Source: an uncultured Bacteroidales bacterium
Lineage (GTDB): Bacteria > Bacteroidota > Bacteroidia > Bacteroidales > UBA932
Assembly (NCBI GenBank): GCA_905233345.1
Contig: CAJODQ010000006.1
Coordinates: 1 to 64,000 of the forward strand
Length of the DNA stretch: 64,000 bases
Reading direction: 5' to 3'
Part shown: one piece after another, positions 47,687 to 56,436 of the stretch
Position numbering within the stretch: the stretch's first letter is position 1
Layout: each line of letters begins with the position of its first letter
Position numbers and translations under genes: made by a program
The notes under the pieces: generated by a model
Seen by the model: the letters and a program-made list of their open reading frames with translations, nothing else
Told to the model about the DNA's origin: nothing
Databases searched by the model: none

Positions 47687-47968
47687 ATGAACGGGATGCC
47701 GGTCGTCAGCGAGATGGATTTCGAGAATCATCCGCTCTTCGGACAGCCGCTCCGCGACCGCGAAACGATCCGCACCCACAAGGGCGAAGGCATCGTCATG
47801 GAGACGGGCCAGCTCTACAAGGGCGACATGCCGCTCATCAAACTGGTGGCGGTGGTGGACTACGGCCATTGGAATTTTATTCCTGCCGCTCGCGTCGCAT
47901 GGGATTTCTTCAAACACTACCGCCGCGACCCTGAAACCAAAAAATTGATCTATTCCGCGCGATTTTGA
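47687..47968 (+). CDS. in-frame downstream continuation of the esterase ORF (contains the likely catalytic-His region ...VVDYGHWNF...)
   Basis: Same reading frame as 46295..47671, separated only by one TGA. The peptide resembles the C-terminal end of an alpha/beta hydrolase. Confidence 0.45.
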   Translation: MNGMPVVSEMDFENHPLFGQPLRDRETIRTHKGEGIVMETGQLYKGDMPLIKLVAVVDYGHWNFIPAARVAWDFFKHYRRDPETKKLIYSARF

Positions 47969-48088
47969 ACCATTTTTACCAAGTTTTGTAGCCTTTTGAC
48001 CAGCTTTTTTACCTTTCCCGCTAATTTTGTTCTCGAAATCAGCCGTGAAACAAATTCAATAATTATAAATTTTTAAAGTTTTTGCATC

Positions 48089-49348
48089 ATGAAAAAGAAA
48101 GGTATCATCATTCTGAGCTCCGTAGTCATCCTTTGCGCTCTCGGTCTTCTGTTGTCTCCCCTGATGGACTGGAATGTCGACAGCGACCAGACCAGCGGCA
48201 ACATCGGCAAATCTTCCCGTTTCTCCCGCAAGACCACGACCGAAACCGTCAGTAATGTGGAGGAACTCCTCCTCAACGATGAGGCTTATAAAAATGGTAT
48301 GGTGGCCGCTTACGTGGTCATGCAGACCCGCGCCCAGCAGTTCGACGCCCTCGTGGATATGTCCAATGAGGTGGCCGGCGACATCAGCGACTTCGACGGC
48401 GTGCTCAAGGATATGAATAACGTCCGCCCGATGATCGACAACGTGTGTGCTTCGCTCTCTGAAGCCGGTGACGACCTGAACGCCGCTCTCAGCGGTCAAA
48501 GCCGTCCCGACCTGGCGCAGAACACCATCAACGCATCGCTGGCATACACCACGCTCCAGAAGCAGAACAAGCTGGCCGACCGCTTCATCATCACGGCCGA
48601 CACCTATCTTAATAATAACGAAGGCAACGACCGCCTCAAATTCGTCCGCGACCAGTGGGTGGCTTACCAGCAGATGACCGCCGCCCTTGACAACGACGAG
48701 AAGGCTGCCGCCGCCCTGGCGGAGAAAGGCTACAAGCTGACGCCCGAACAGAGCGCCGCCGCCCTGAATGAATTCGGCATGGCCGATGCCATCAAAATCA
48801 TGAACGGCACCGTGGTAGCCGGCTACGTGGCTATGGACTCCCCGCTGGCCCAAGCCATCACGACCGATATGGTTCAGGATGCGGCCCGCGCCATCGTCAC
48901 GACGGACATGGTCTCCGACCATATCACCTTTGGAGACGCTATCAAGAACGCCACGGGCGATGTGGTTGCCAGCACCATCACGGACGAAATGGTCCGGAAC
49001 GCCACGGGCGACGTGGTTTCCAACATCACGACCGATGCCGTCAAGAACGCCACGGGTGACGTGGTTTCCAATATCACGACCGATGCCGTCCGGAATATCA
49101 CCCAAGATGTGGTCAGTAATGGTATCGTCATGAGAGCCTCCGTATTCTCCGACAAGGACATGGTCAGCAACGCCTTCAACGAGATCGTTGTCAGGAACAG
49201 CATCGTCAACAACGTGACCACCGACATGGTCCGCAATGCCTCGGATGACCTGCGCAGCTCCATGGTCATGAACCAGATCGGCGATGCCATCAAGAACGTG
49301 GCCGTCGGTAATTTCCAAGGCGTCGGCTTCCTGGTGAAAGACTTATAA
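48089..49348 (+). CDS. membrane-anchored repeat protein of unknown function (tandem 16-aa repeats ITTD[AM]V[KR]NATGDVVSN)
   Basis: 419 aa with an N-terminal signal/anchor. The C-terminal third is built from ~8 degenerate copies of a 16-aa unit, seen as a 48-bp tandem DNA repeat at ~48944-49135. Confidence 0.6.
   Translation: MKKKGIIILSSVVILCALGLLLSPLMDWNVDSDQTSGNIGKSSRFSRKTTTETVSNVEELLLNDEAYKNGMVAAYVVMQTRAQQFDALVDMSNEVAGDISDFDGVLKDMNNVRPMIDNVCASLSEAGDDLNAALSGQSRPDLAQNTINASLAYTTLQKQNKLADRFIITADTYLNNNEGNDRLKFVRDQWVAYQQMTAALDNDEKAAAALAEKGYKLTPEQSAAALNEFGMADAIKIMNGTVVAGYVAMDSPLAQAITTDMVQDAARAIVTTDMVSDHITFGDAIKNATGDVVASTITDEMVRNATGDVVSNITTDAVKNATGDVVSNITTDAVRNITQDVVSNGIVMRASVFSDKDMVSNAFNEIVVRNSIVNNVTTDMVRNASDDLRSSMVMNQIGDAIKNVAVGNFQGVGFLVKDL
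48944..49135 (+). repeat. 48-bp coding tandem repeat (~4 clear copies) inside the repeat-protein gene
   Basis: aacgccacgggcgaygtggtttccaayatcacgaccgatgccgtcmrg repeated head-to-tail. Confidence 0.7.
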
Positions 49349-49375
49349 TAGTACCTGTTAATTCCTTCTTCGAAC

Positions 49376-52375
49376 ATGCGTATCCGATTCTTTGTACTGC
49401 TACTGCTGCTGTTCCCGGCCCTGACGCACGGACAGATTCAGACCTACTACCAGTATAAAACCGATGAAGCCCGGCTGGTGTTCTTCGACAAGAACCTCTC
49501 GCGCTACATCCCCCACATGGTACGCATGTTCCAAAACGGCAAGGCGCTTCACGGGCAGATCTGGACAACAGACTCCGTGTATGTCCCGGAAGCGCCCCTG
49601 CTGCTTTTGACGGACTGGGAGGACGACGGCAACGGCGGAGCAACGCCGCTGCCGCGTTCGCTTATTCAGATCGGCATGGCGCCGCTGAACATGTCCTATT
49701 ACATCAACCCATCGAGCGAGCGTTACCGGCAGCTGTTCTGTCACGAATACACGCACATCGTGATGACCGACAAATACAACCGCAAGGACCTGGGCTGGCG
49801 CAAGTTCTTCGGCACCAAAGTCAGTGTCGACAACACCCAGCCCCTCTCCGCCATCTGGAGCGCCGTGACGGTCCCCCGCTGGTATGCCCCCCGCTGGTAT
49901 CAGGAGGGCATTGCCTGTTTCATGGAGACCTGGCTCGGCGGTGGCGTCGGCCGCTCCCTGGGCGGTTACGACGAGATGTATTTCCGCAGCATCGTCGACG
50001 GCGGCGACAAGCTCTTCTCGGTGGTGGGCCTCGAGACGGAAGGCTCCACGATGGACTTCCAGGTGGGTGCCAACGCGTACCTCTACGGCACCCGCTTCGT
50101 CAATTTCCTGGCGAAAGAATACGGATACGAGAATCTGATCAAGTTCTACAACCGGACGGCCGACAGCCGCACCTATTTCGGCAACCAGTTCAAACAGGTC
50201 TACGGCCGCCCGCTCCGCAAAGTCTGGAACGAGTGGAAGGAAGACGAGAAAAAGCACCAGGCGGAGAACCTGGCCGCCATCCGGGAATATCCCCTTACCG
50301 AGACCACGCCCGTGACCCCGGAACCGCTGGGTTCCGTATCACCGCTGGTCTATGACCCCGCCACGGGCAAGGCCTACGCCGCCATGAACGCACCGGGCAG
50401 TTTCGCGCACCTGACCGAGATCGACGTGAACACCGGCAAGCGGCGGAAACTCGTCGATATCTACGGCATCCAGCTCTACAATCCCGCATTCGTAGCCCTG
50501 GACCGCAACGCCCATCGCCTCATCTACACATCAAACAACGCCAAGATGCGCGGCCTCTACGTGTACGACCTCCAGAAAAAGAAAGTCGTCAAGAAGAAGA
50601 ATTTCCAGCGCGTCAACAACATCGTGTATGACAATGTCAACGACTGCCTCTACGGCCTGTTCTCCAATGCCGGCACGCAGTCGATCGTCCGTTTCGACCG
50701 TGATATTGAAAATCCCGAGGTCATCTATGCCTTCCCCTTCGGCGTCAGTGTGTTCGACATTGACATCAGCCACGACGGCAAGATGCTGACCCTCACCCGG
50801 CAGGGCGACAACGGCGAGCACACGCTCCTGCTCTTCCGGACCGACGAACTGGCACAGGCCATTTTCAAGCCCGTGGAGCTGGTAACCTGGGAAGACAGCA
50901 ACCTGGGACAGTTCCGCTTCTCACTCGACGACAAATACCTGATCGGCAGCTCCTACTATACCGGCGTGTCGAACCTCTGGCAGATCAACATCGCCACCCG
51001 CGAGATGGAGATGCTCAGCAACACCGACATCGGCCTCTTCGCCCCGCTGGAATTCGAGCCCGACAAACTCCTGGCGCTTGAATTCGTGCGCGACGGCATG
51101 CGTCCGGTGACGCTCGACCGCAAGATCGTAACCGACGCCAACGCCATCACGCTCTACGGCCAGCGCGCTTTCGAGAACAACGAAAAAGCGCTCACGGAGG
51201 TGGGCCTGCACAAGGAACCCCTGCCCAAGATCGAGTTCGGCGACGTCTACAACAACATCACGCCTTACAACGTTTTCAAGGAGATGCGCTTCGCGGGCGC
51301 CTATCCCATCGTCTCAGGCTTCACCGACACCACGTTCTGGAATCGTGTGACGCCGGTGCTCGGCTACCGCTTCTTCTTCAGCGACCCGGTGGGCCTGAGC
51401 AGCATCAAGCTGGACTTCGGCATTTCGCCCTGGAGCAACCACGACTGGAAGAACAAGTTCCATGTGGACTTCATGTGGAAGTACTACTTCTGGACCCTCA
51501 AGGCCGCCTGGAACCACACTGACTTCTACGACCTGGCCGGCCCGATGCGTGCCAGCCGCAAGGGATACATGGTTACACTGGCCTACGACCACACCAACAC
51601 CATGCTGACACCGTATTCCCGCGGTTGGGGCTTCTCCCTGGGGGCTTACGGCGGCATGGACGCGCTGCCGCTCTATCAGGAGATCGAAGTGGACAAAGAC
51701 ATCAAAGCGCTGCAGACCGCTTCCGTCTACGGCAAGATCTCGAAAACCCGGACGTCCCTGGGCGGCGTGATGCGCGAGCAGGGCTATGAACTGGGCATCC
51801 AGGGCTACGGCTACCTGGCCGACTGGCACTTCTATCCTTCGGTCGAGGCTTCCGCCGATTTCGGCGTGTTGCTTCCGATCGACCGCAATACTTCTTTCTG
51901 GCTCCGTACCGCGGGCGGGCACAATTTCGGCGATCCCAACACGGTCTTCGGCAATACCTATCTGGGTGGCTTCCGCAACAACCGCGTAGACTACCGCAAC
52001 GCCTTCCAGTACCGCACGTCCCTGGCCATGCCGGGCGCGGCCATCGACGCCATCCAGGCACACTCCTATGCCAAGGCGACGGCCGAGCTCAACCTGCGGC
52101 CCATCCGCCTCAACAACTTCGGCGCCCTGTTCTTCTATCCGACCTGGATCCAGTGCTCCTTCTTCGGAACCGGCCTGTCCACCTGGAATCCCGACGTCAG
52201 CAAAACGATCCCGCAGATGTACTACAGCGCCGGCGTGCAGCTGACCACCGAGCTGGTGTTCATGACTTATCTCAAGACCACGCTTTCCTTTGGTTACGGA
52301 CACCTGTTCGCACCGGAAGGATTCAAAGGAGGAAGGCATGGCAATGAATGGATGATCTCACTCAAGTTGCTGTAA
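49376..52375 (+). CDS. large (~1000 aa) outer-membrane-type protein: N-terminal HExxH zinc-metallopeptidase-like domain + beta-propeller region + C-terminal beta-barrel-like domain; unknown family
   Basis: Signal peptide MRIRFFVLLLLLFPALTHG. HEYTH motif (QLFCHEYTHIVMTD), and a possible third ligand in WYQEGIACFMETW. Propeller-like repeats (...LYVYDLQKKKV..., ...TLLLFRTDELAQ...). The C-terminus is rich in alternating aromatic/Gly residues (...GWGFSLGAYGGMDALPLYQEIEV...). Confidence 0.7.
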   Translation: MRIRFFVLLLLLFPALTHGQIQTYYQYKTDEARLVFFDKNLSRYIPHMVRMFQNGKALHGQIWTTDSVYVPEAPLLLLTDWEDDGNGGATPLPRSLIQIGMAPLNMSYYINPSSERYRQLFCHEYTHIVMTDKYNRKDLGWRKFFGTKVSVDNTQPLSAIWSAVTVPRWYAPRWYQEGIACFMETWLGGGVGRSLGGYDEMYFRSIVDGGDKLFSVVGLETEGSTMDFQVGANAYLYGTRFVNFLAKEYGYENLIKFYNRTADSRTYFGNQFKQVYGRPLRKVWNEWKEDEKKHQAENLAAIREYPLTETTPVTPEPLGSVSPLVYDPATGKAYAAMNAPGSFAHLTEIDVNTGKRRKLVDIYGIQLYNPAFVALDRNAHRLIYTSNNAKMRGLYVYDLQKKKVVKKKNFQRVNNIVYDNVNDCLYGLFSNAGTQSIVRFDRDIENPEVIYAFPFGVSVFDIDISHDGKMLTLTRQGDNGEHTLLLFRTDELAQAIFKPVELVTWEDSNLGQFRFSLDDKYLIGSSYYTGVSNLWQINIATREMEMLSNTDIGLFAPLEFEPDKLLALEFVRDGMRPVTLDRKIVTDANAITLYGQRAFENNEKALTEVGLHKEPLPKIEFGDVYNNITPYNVFKEMRFAGAYPIVSGFTDTTFWNRVTPVLGYRFFFSDPVGLSSIKLDFGISPWSNHDWKNKFHVDFMWKYYFWTLKAAWNHTDFYDLAGPMRASRKGYMVTLAYDHTNTMLTPYSRGWGFSLGAYGGMDALPLYQEIEVDKDIKALQTASVYGKISKTRTSLGGVMREQGYELGIQGYGYLADWHFYPSVEASADFGVLLPIDRNTSFWLRTAGGHNFGDPNTVFGNTYLGGFRNNRVDYRNAFQYRTSLAMPGAAIDAIQAHSYAKATAELNLRPIRLNNFGALFFYPTWIQCSFFGTGLSTWNPDVSKTIPQMYYSAGVQLTTELVFMTYLKTTLSFGYGHLFAPEGFKGGRHGNEWMISLKLL

Positions 52376-53409
52376 TGTCGTTCGTCGCTGCCCTTCTCCC
52401 CGTCGCCATCTATATTTTTGTCGTCTATAAGCTCGACAAATTTTCGCTGCTGAGCGTCCAGCGCCTGCTGCTGCTGGTCCTGTGCGGCATGGGCGCGGCG
52501 CTGGTCTGCTTCGGCCTGTTCTGGCTGACCGATCCGCTGCTGCCAGAGCGCGCCTCCGATATCCTCGACCCGATCCTGGAAGAAGCCGTCAAGGCCATTC
52601 CACTCCTAATCCTGGCCCGTCGCAAGAAGATCGTGTTTTTCATCGACAGCGTCATCTGCGGCGCTGCGGTGGGCGGTGGCTTCTCCATCCTGGAAAATCT
52701 GTTTTACCTGCTGCTGGGTGAAGGCATGAGCATGGGCACCGTGCTGTTCCGCGGCCTGGAAGTGGCCCTGATCCACATGGGCTGCAGCGCCATCGTCGCC
52801 GCCGGCCTGATGTTCGCCGTCCGCTTGACGGAACGCCGCAAGGCCGGACTGGATGTCAAGCAAAAAGACGTGCTGATGTCCGTTTTCCTGCTCATTGCAG
52901 CCCCGGCGCTGCATGTCTTCCACAACAGCTTCCACTTCAACCCGCTCTTCCAGTATGTCTTCGTGTTCGGGTCCATGGCCGGGCTGCTGGTGTGGACTTA
53001 TTCCTATGACGGCGACATGATCCACCGCTGGTTGGACAAAGGCCTGGACAAGCAGGTGAGCCTGCTCCATTCCATCCGAGAAGGTCAGTTGGGAGAAACC
53101 AAGACTGGCCAGTTCCTGGTTTCGGTCAAGGATTCCTTCCCGCCGGAAGTCTTTTTCGACATCATCTGCTACGTGCAGCTACACGTGTCGCTTTCCGTGG
53201 CGGCCAAAAGTCGCTTCATGATGCGGGAGATGGGGTTGGCCCTTCCGTTGGAGGAAGAAAAGAAACAACAGTATCTTACGCAGTATCAGGAATATATCGA
53301 TCTGGAGAAAAATCTGGGCAAGAGTGCCCGGATGACGATTGCGCCGGTCGTGAAGTTTTACCCGGCCGACCGTAAATCCCTCGATGACTTGTTGGCCGAG
53401 TGCCGGTAA
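52348..53409 (+). CDS. PrsW-family intramembrane metalloprotease (M82-like); alternative start 52375
   Basis: 353 aa, multi-TM. PrsW signature motifs E-E-x-x-K (LEEAVKAIP), F-x-x-x-E (GGGFSILENLFY) and H-x-x-x-N (VFHNSFHFN). Overlaps the end of the upstream gene. Confidence 0.7.
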   Translation: MDDLTQVAVMSFVAALLPVAIYIFVVYKLDKFSLLSVQRLLLLVLCGMGAALVCFGLFWLTDPLLPERASDILDPILEEAVKAIPLLILARRKKIVFFIDSVICGAAVGGGFSILENLFYLLLGEGMSMGTVLFRGLEVALIHMGCSAIVAAGLMFAVRLTERRKAGLDVKQKDVLMSVFLLIAAPALHVFHNSFHFNPLFQYVFVFGSMAGLLVWTYSYDGDMIHRWLDKGLDKQVSLLHSIREGQLGETKTGQFLVSVKDSFPPEVFFDIICYVQLHVSLSVAAKSRFMMREMGLALPLEEEKKQQYLTQYQEYIDLEKNLGKSARMTIAPVVKFYPADRKSLDDLLAECR

Positions 53410-53458
53410 ACAATCCCGTTTGGTTTTTTGGGCACAAAATCCGAAATTTGTGTCCGAG

Positions 53459-54547
53459 ATGACCTATACTTTTCCGGAAATGATGCTCAGTGCCATGACG
53501 GCGGTCTATGTGGCCGTCAGCGTGGTGGTTGCGGTGGTCCGCTGGGGGCACCGGTGCACGGCCTATGCCAAGCACATGGACTATTATTTTCCGGATTGGA
53601 AAACTTTTATCTACTGCTTCATGTCCAACATCGTGCTCTGTCCGGTCATCTTCCTGCCCGCAGAAACCGATGCGGTCCTGCTGTTGCGCATGATGCTCAT
53701 GCTGGCTTCGCCCTTTCATTGCGCGGTGCTGATTTTCAGTTATTTCGGCCGGATACTCAACGTCACCTGGTGGCGCAAGCCCATCTACGCGCTGACAGCC
53801 ACTTATACGGTGATGGCCCTCATCGCGCTGGTAGTCACCCTCATACCCGGGACGCAGATGCAAGGCGACTTCTTCCGCTGGTTCTTCCTGGTGGGTGACC
53901 TCTTGGCCATGATCTATCTGATCAGTTTTGTCCTGGCCCTGAACATGATCATCCGCGCGCTCCAGCGCTTCTCCGACGAGAACTATTCCAACCCCGATGA
54001 TTTTCCGAAGCAATATACCGAGTTCATTCTCTGGGTGTCGGTCCTGCACCTGATCATGAGCTGGAGTATGGCGTTCAACGGTCGGATCTGGGCCCTTTCC
54101 TTCGGTCTGTTCATCCTGTCCATCCTGGCTGTCGTCCTGCTGATCGGTGCCCTCAACCCGCACCGGACGGTGGAGGTGGACCAGCTGGAAGCAGCGCTCA
54201 ATGCCGAGAAGGAAGAAAAGGCGATGGAAACGGACATCCTCTCGCCGGAACGGAAAGAGGAAATTCTGCTCGCCATCCGCCAGCAGGTGGAAGAGAAAGA
54301 GGGTTTCCTCGACAGCCACCTCACACTCAGCAAATTGTCCCGTGACTGCGGGCTCAACCGCACCTATGTATCCTGGGTGCTGAACGAACGGCTCGGCGGC
54401 TTCTTCTTTTACATCAACCGCTGCCGCATGGCCCACGCGGACAGCTACAAGGCATCGCACCCGCAGGCCGATGTCGACGAGGTTGCGCTCGCTTCGGGTT
54501 TCAACAACCGCCAGTCGTTCTACAACGCCCGCAAGCGCCTCGGTTGA
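53459..54547 (+). CDS. polytopic membrane protein with C-terminal AraC-type HTH DNA-binding domain (membrane-tethered transcriptional regulator); alternative start 53384
   Basis: ~6-7 TM helices, then the cytoplasmic AraC HTH pair LTLSKLSRDCGLNRTYVSWVLNERLGG ... DVDEVALASGFNNRQSFYNARKRLG. Confidence 0.75.
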   Translation: MTYTFPEMMLSAMTAVYVAVSVVVAVVRWGHRCTAYAKHMDYYFPDWKTFIYCFMSNIVLCPVIFLPAETDAVLLLRMMLMLASPFHCAVLIFSYFGRILNVTWWRKPIYALTATYTVMALIALVVTLIPGTQMQGDFFRWFFLVGDLLAMIYLISFVLALNMIIRALQRFSDENYSNPDDFPKQYTEFILWVSVLHLIMSWSMAFNGRIWALSFGLFILSILAVVLLIGALNPHRTVEVDQLEAALNAEKEEKAMETDILSPERKEEILLAIRQQVEEKEGFLDSHLTLSKLSRDCGLNRTYVSWVLNERLGGFFFYINRCRMAHADSYKASHPQADVDEVALASGFNNRQSFYNARKRLG

Positions 54548-54553
54548 TCCAGT

Positions 54554-55363
54554 TTATTTCGGAAGACCAAAAGCCCCTTTGAGTTCGTCCATCTGCGCGT
54601 CGCTCATCCCTTCGGGCTCAAAGCCCATGTTGCGCGCCGCGATATAGATTTGGGCGGCCTTGTTGAGGACGTCCACCTGGTCGAAGGCGTTGAGGATATC
54701 GGTTTCTACGGCAAAGACGCCGTGTTTTTCCCACATCACCACATCGTAATCTTCATCCAGGGCCCGGATGGTCGCTTCAGCCAGCTCGACACTCGAAGGC
54801 ATCAGGTAAGGCACGATGCCCAGGCCACGCGGGCAGAAGGCCCGGGTCTCGGGAATCATCGACCAGAGCATACGCGTGGCAGCGTCTTTTTCGAGCCATT
54901 TCCGGCTGTGGGTCAAGGCCACCAGCTCGATGGGATGCGTATGCAGCGAGGCGCGGTAGGGCGAGCCTTTGGCCAGCAGGTAGTCGTGGACAGCCAGGTG
55001 CGACGGGAGCTCCGAGGTGGGGGCGACGGGCGCATCTGCGACGATCTCGTAGCGGTCACAACCCGGCAGGATGCGGATGATGGAACCGTTGGCCATGGGG
55101 TCGCGGGCCAGGTCGCGCATGCGGCGGCCCGTGCCTTTGCAGTAGAACCAGCAGCCCGCCAGGTGCGGCAATGCCTTGCCGATGGGGCGAGGCTCCGTGA
55201 GGGCCGGCAACGCCCGCATCGCATCGTCGACATAGGCGGTGATGTTGATGGTGATATTGCCGCCGTTACGCTCGGCCCAGCCCTTTTGCCAGAGATAGCC
55301 GGCCACTTCGGCGACTTTGTCGATTTCGGCCTGCAGGGCCGGATGTTGGATTAAGATGTTCAT
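54554..55363 (-). CDS. rhaD: rhamnulose-1-phosphate aldolase (class II aldolase/adducin family)
   Basis: Start at the internal ATG (MNILIQHPALQAEIDKVAEVAGYLWQKGWAERNGGNITI...). Class II aldolase fold. Lies in the rha operon. Confidence 0.85.
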   Translation of the reverse strand: MNILIQHPALQAEIDKVAEVAGYLWQKGWAERNGGNITINITAYVDDAMRALPALTEPRPIGKALPHLAGCWFYCKGTGRRMRDLARDPMANGSIIRILPGCDRYEIVADAPVAPTSELPSHLAVHDYLLAKGSPYRASLHTHPIELVALTHSRKWLEKDAATRMLWSMIPETRAFCPRGLGIVPYLMPSSVELAEATIRALDEDYDVVMWEKHGVFAVETDILNAFDQVDVLNKAAQIYIAARNMGFEPEGMSDAQMDELKGAFGLPK

Positions 55364-56370
55364 ATCAATTGTGGCAAGAAGGTACTGAATATTAACACCG
55401 CCAGACCGATAACCAACACCAGGATGGTTTTCTTCGAGGCTCCCTTCCATTCATGGAGAATAATGCCCCAGACATTGCTGAAAACGACATTGAGGGCCAT
55501 CAGGATACACCAGCTGAAGGTGATCAGCGTCGGGTATTCGCGCAGGAAGCCCTTGCCGAGGCTCAGGCCGAAGAACTGACTGTACCAGAGCAGGCCGGCC
55601 AGGGCACAGAACACCAGGTTGTGGCCCCAAAGGGACTTTTGCCTGTAATCGCCCCATGTCTTGTTTTTCGTGTTCTGGCTGAAGCAATACACGGCGTTTG
55701 TCAGAAAACCGCCGAAGGTCACCAGCAGCGTAGCGGGCAGGCTCTTGAAGATATCGGGGGTAGCTTCCCAAGTCAAAGGTTCACCGAAGCTCAGGCCGAT
55801 GTTGAAGCAGGCGCTCATGAAGCCGGCCAGCAAGGCTACGGCGATGCCCTTCCCGAAGTTGAACTCCTTAACAGCACCGGCTTGACCCGGCATCTCCCGG
55901 GCTTTCATAGCCCCTGCCACGCCGATGATGGCGATGCCGACAAGGGTGACCACCACACCGATGATGACCGAAGAGGTCAGATCATGGGCATGACCCGTAA
56001 AGACGGGGCCAAGGATGGCACCCAGGGCGGAACATGTACCAAGGGCGATGCTCTGACCGAGGGCGACGCCGAGGTAGCGCATGCTCAGGCCAAAGGTCAG
56101 GCCGCCGATGCCCCAGAGGGCGCCGAAGAGGATGGTCAGGAGGCTGGCCTTGGGATTGGCGGCATACATGGCGAAGAGGGATTCGCCAGCCGGGACGGCG
56201 AGGAGGGCGCCCAACAGCGGGAAGATCAGCCAGGCGAAGACGCCCTGGACGATCCAGTAGCTTTCCCAGCTCCAGGATTTGATCTTATTGATCGGCACAT
56301 AGCTGCTGCTCTGGCAGAACGCGCCGATAGCGATGATTAACAGTCCGATGAATATGTTCATAATCAACAT
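55360..56370 (-). CDS. rhaT: L-rhamnose-proton symporter
   Basis: 336 aa, 10 TM helices, RhaT family (...SYWIVQGVFAWLIFPLLGALLAVP...). Confidence 0.85.
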   Translation of the reverse strand: MLIMNIFIGLLIIAIGAFCQSSSYVPINKIKSWSWESYWIVQGVFAWLIFPLLGALLAVPAGESLFAMYAANPKASLLTILFGALWGIGGLTFGLSMRYLGVALGQSIALGTCSALGAILGPVFTGHAHDLTSSVIIGVVVTLVGIAIIGVAGAMKAREMPGQAGAVKEFNFGKGIAVALLAGFMSACFNIGLSFGEPLTWEATPDIFKSLPATLLVTFGGFLTNAVYCFSQNTKNKTWGDYRQKSLWGHNLVFCALAGLLWYSQFFGLSLGKGFLREYPTLITFSWCILMALNVVFSNVWGIILHEWKGASKKTILVLVIGLAVLIFSTFLPQLI

Positions 56371-56436
56371 TTGCGATAAATCTTCCGTTCCGCAGTATAT
56401 AGGGTTTCAACCCTATATACTGTCTCCACTACAGAT

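Noticed and set aside
48944-49135. Tandem direct repeats considered as a possible CRISPR array or minisatellite
   Set aside because: The repeats are head-to-tail 48-bp coding units with no spacers, inside an intact ORF, and they preserve the reading frame. No cas genes are present.
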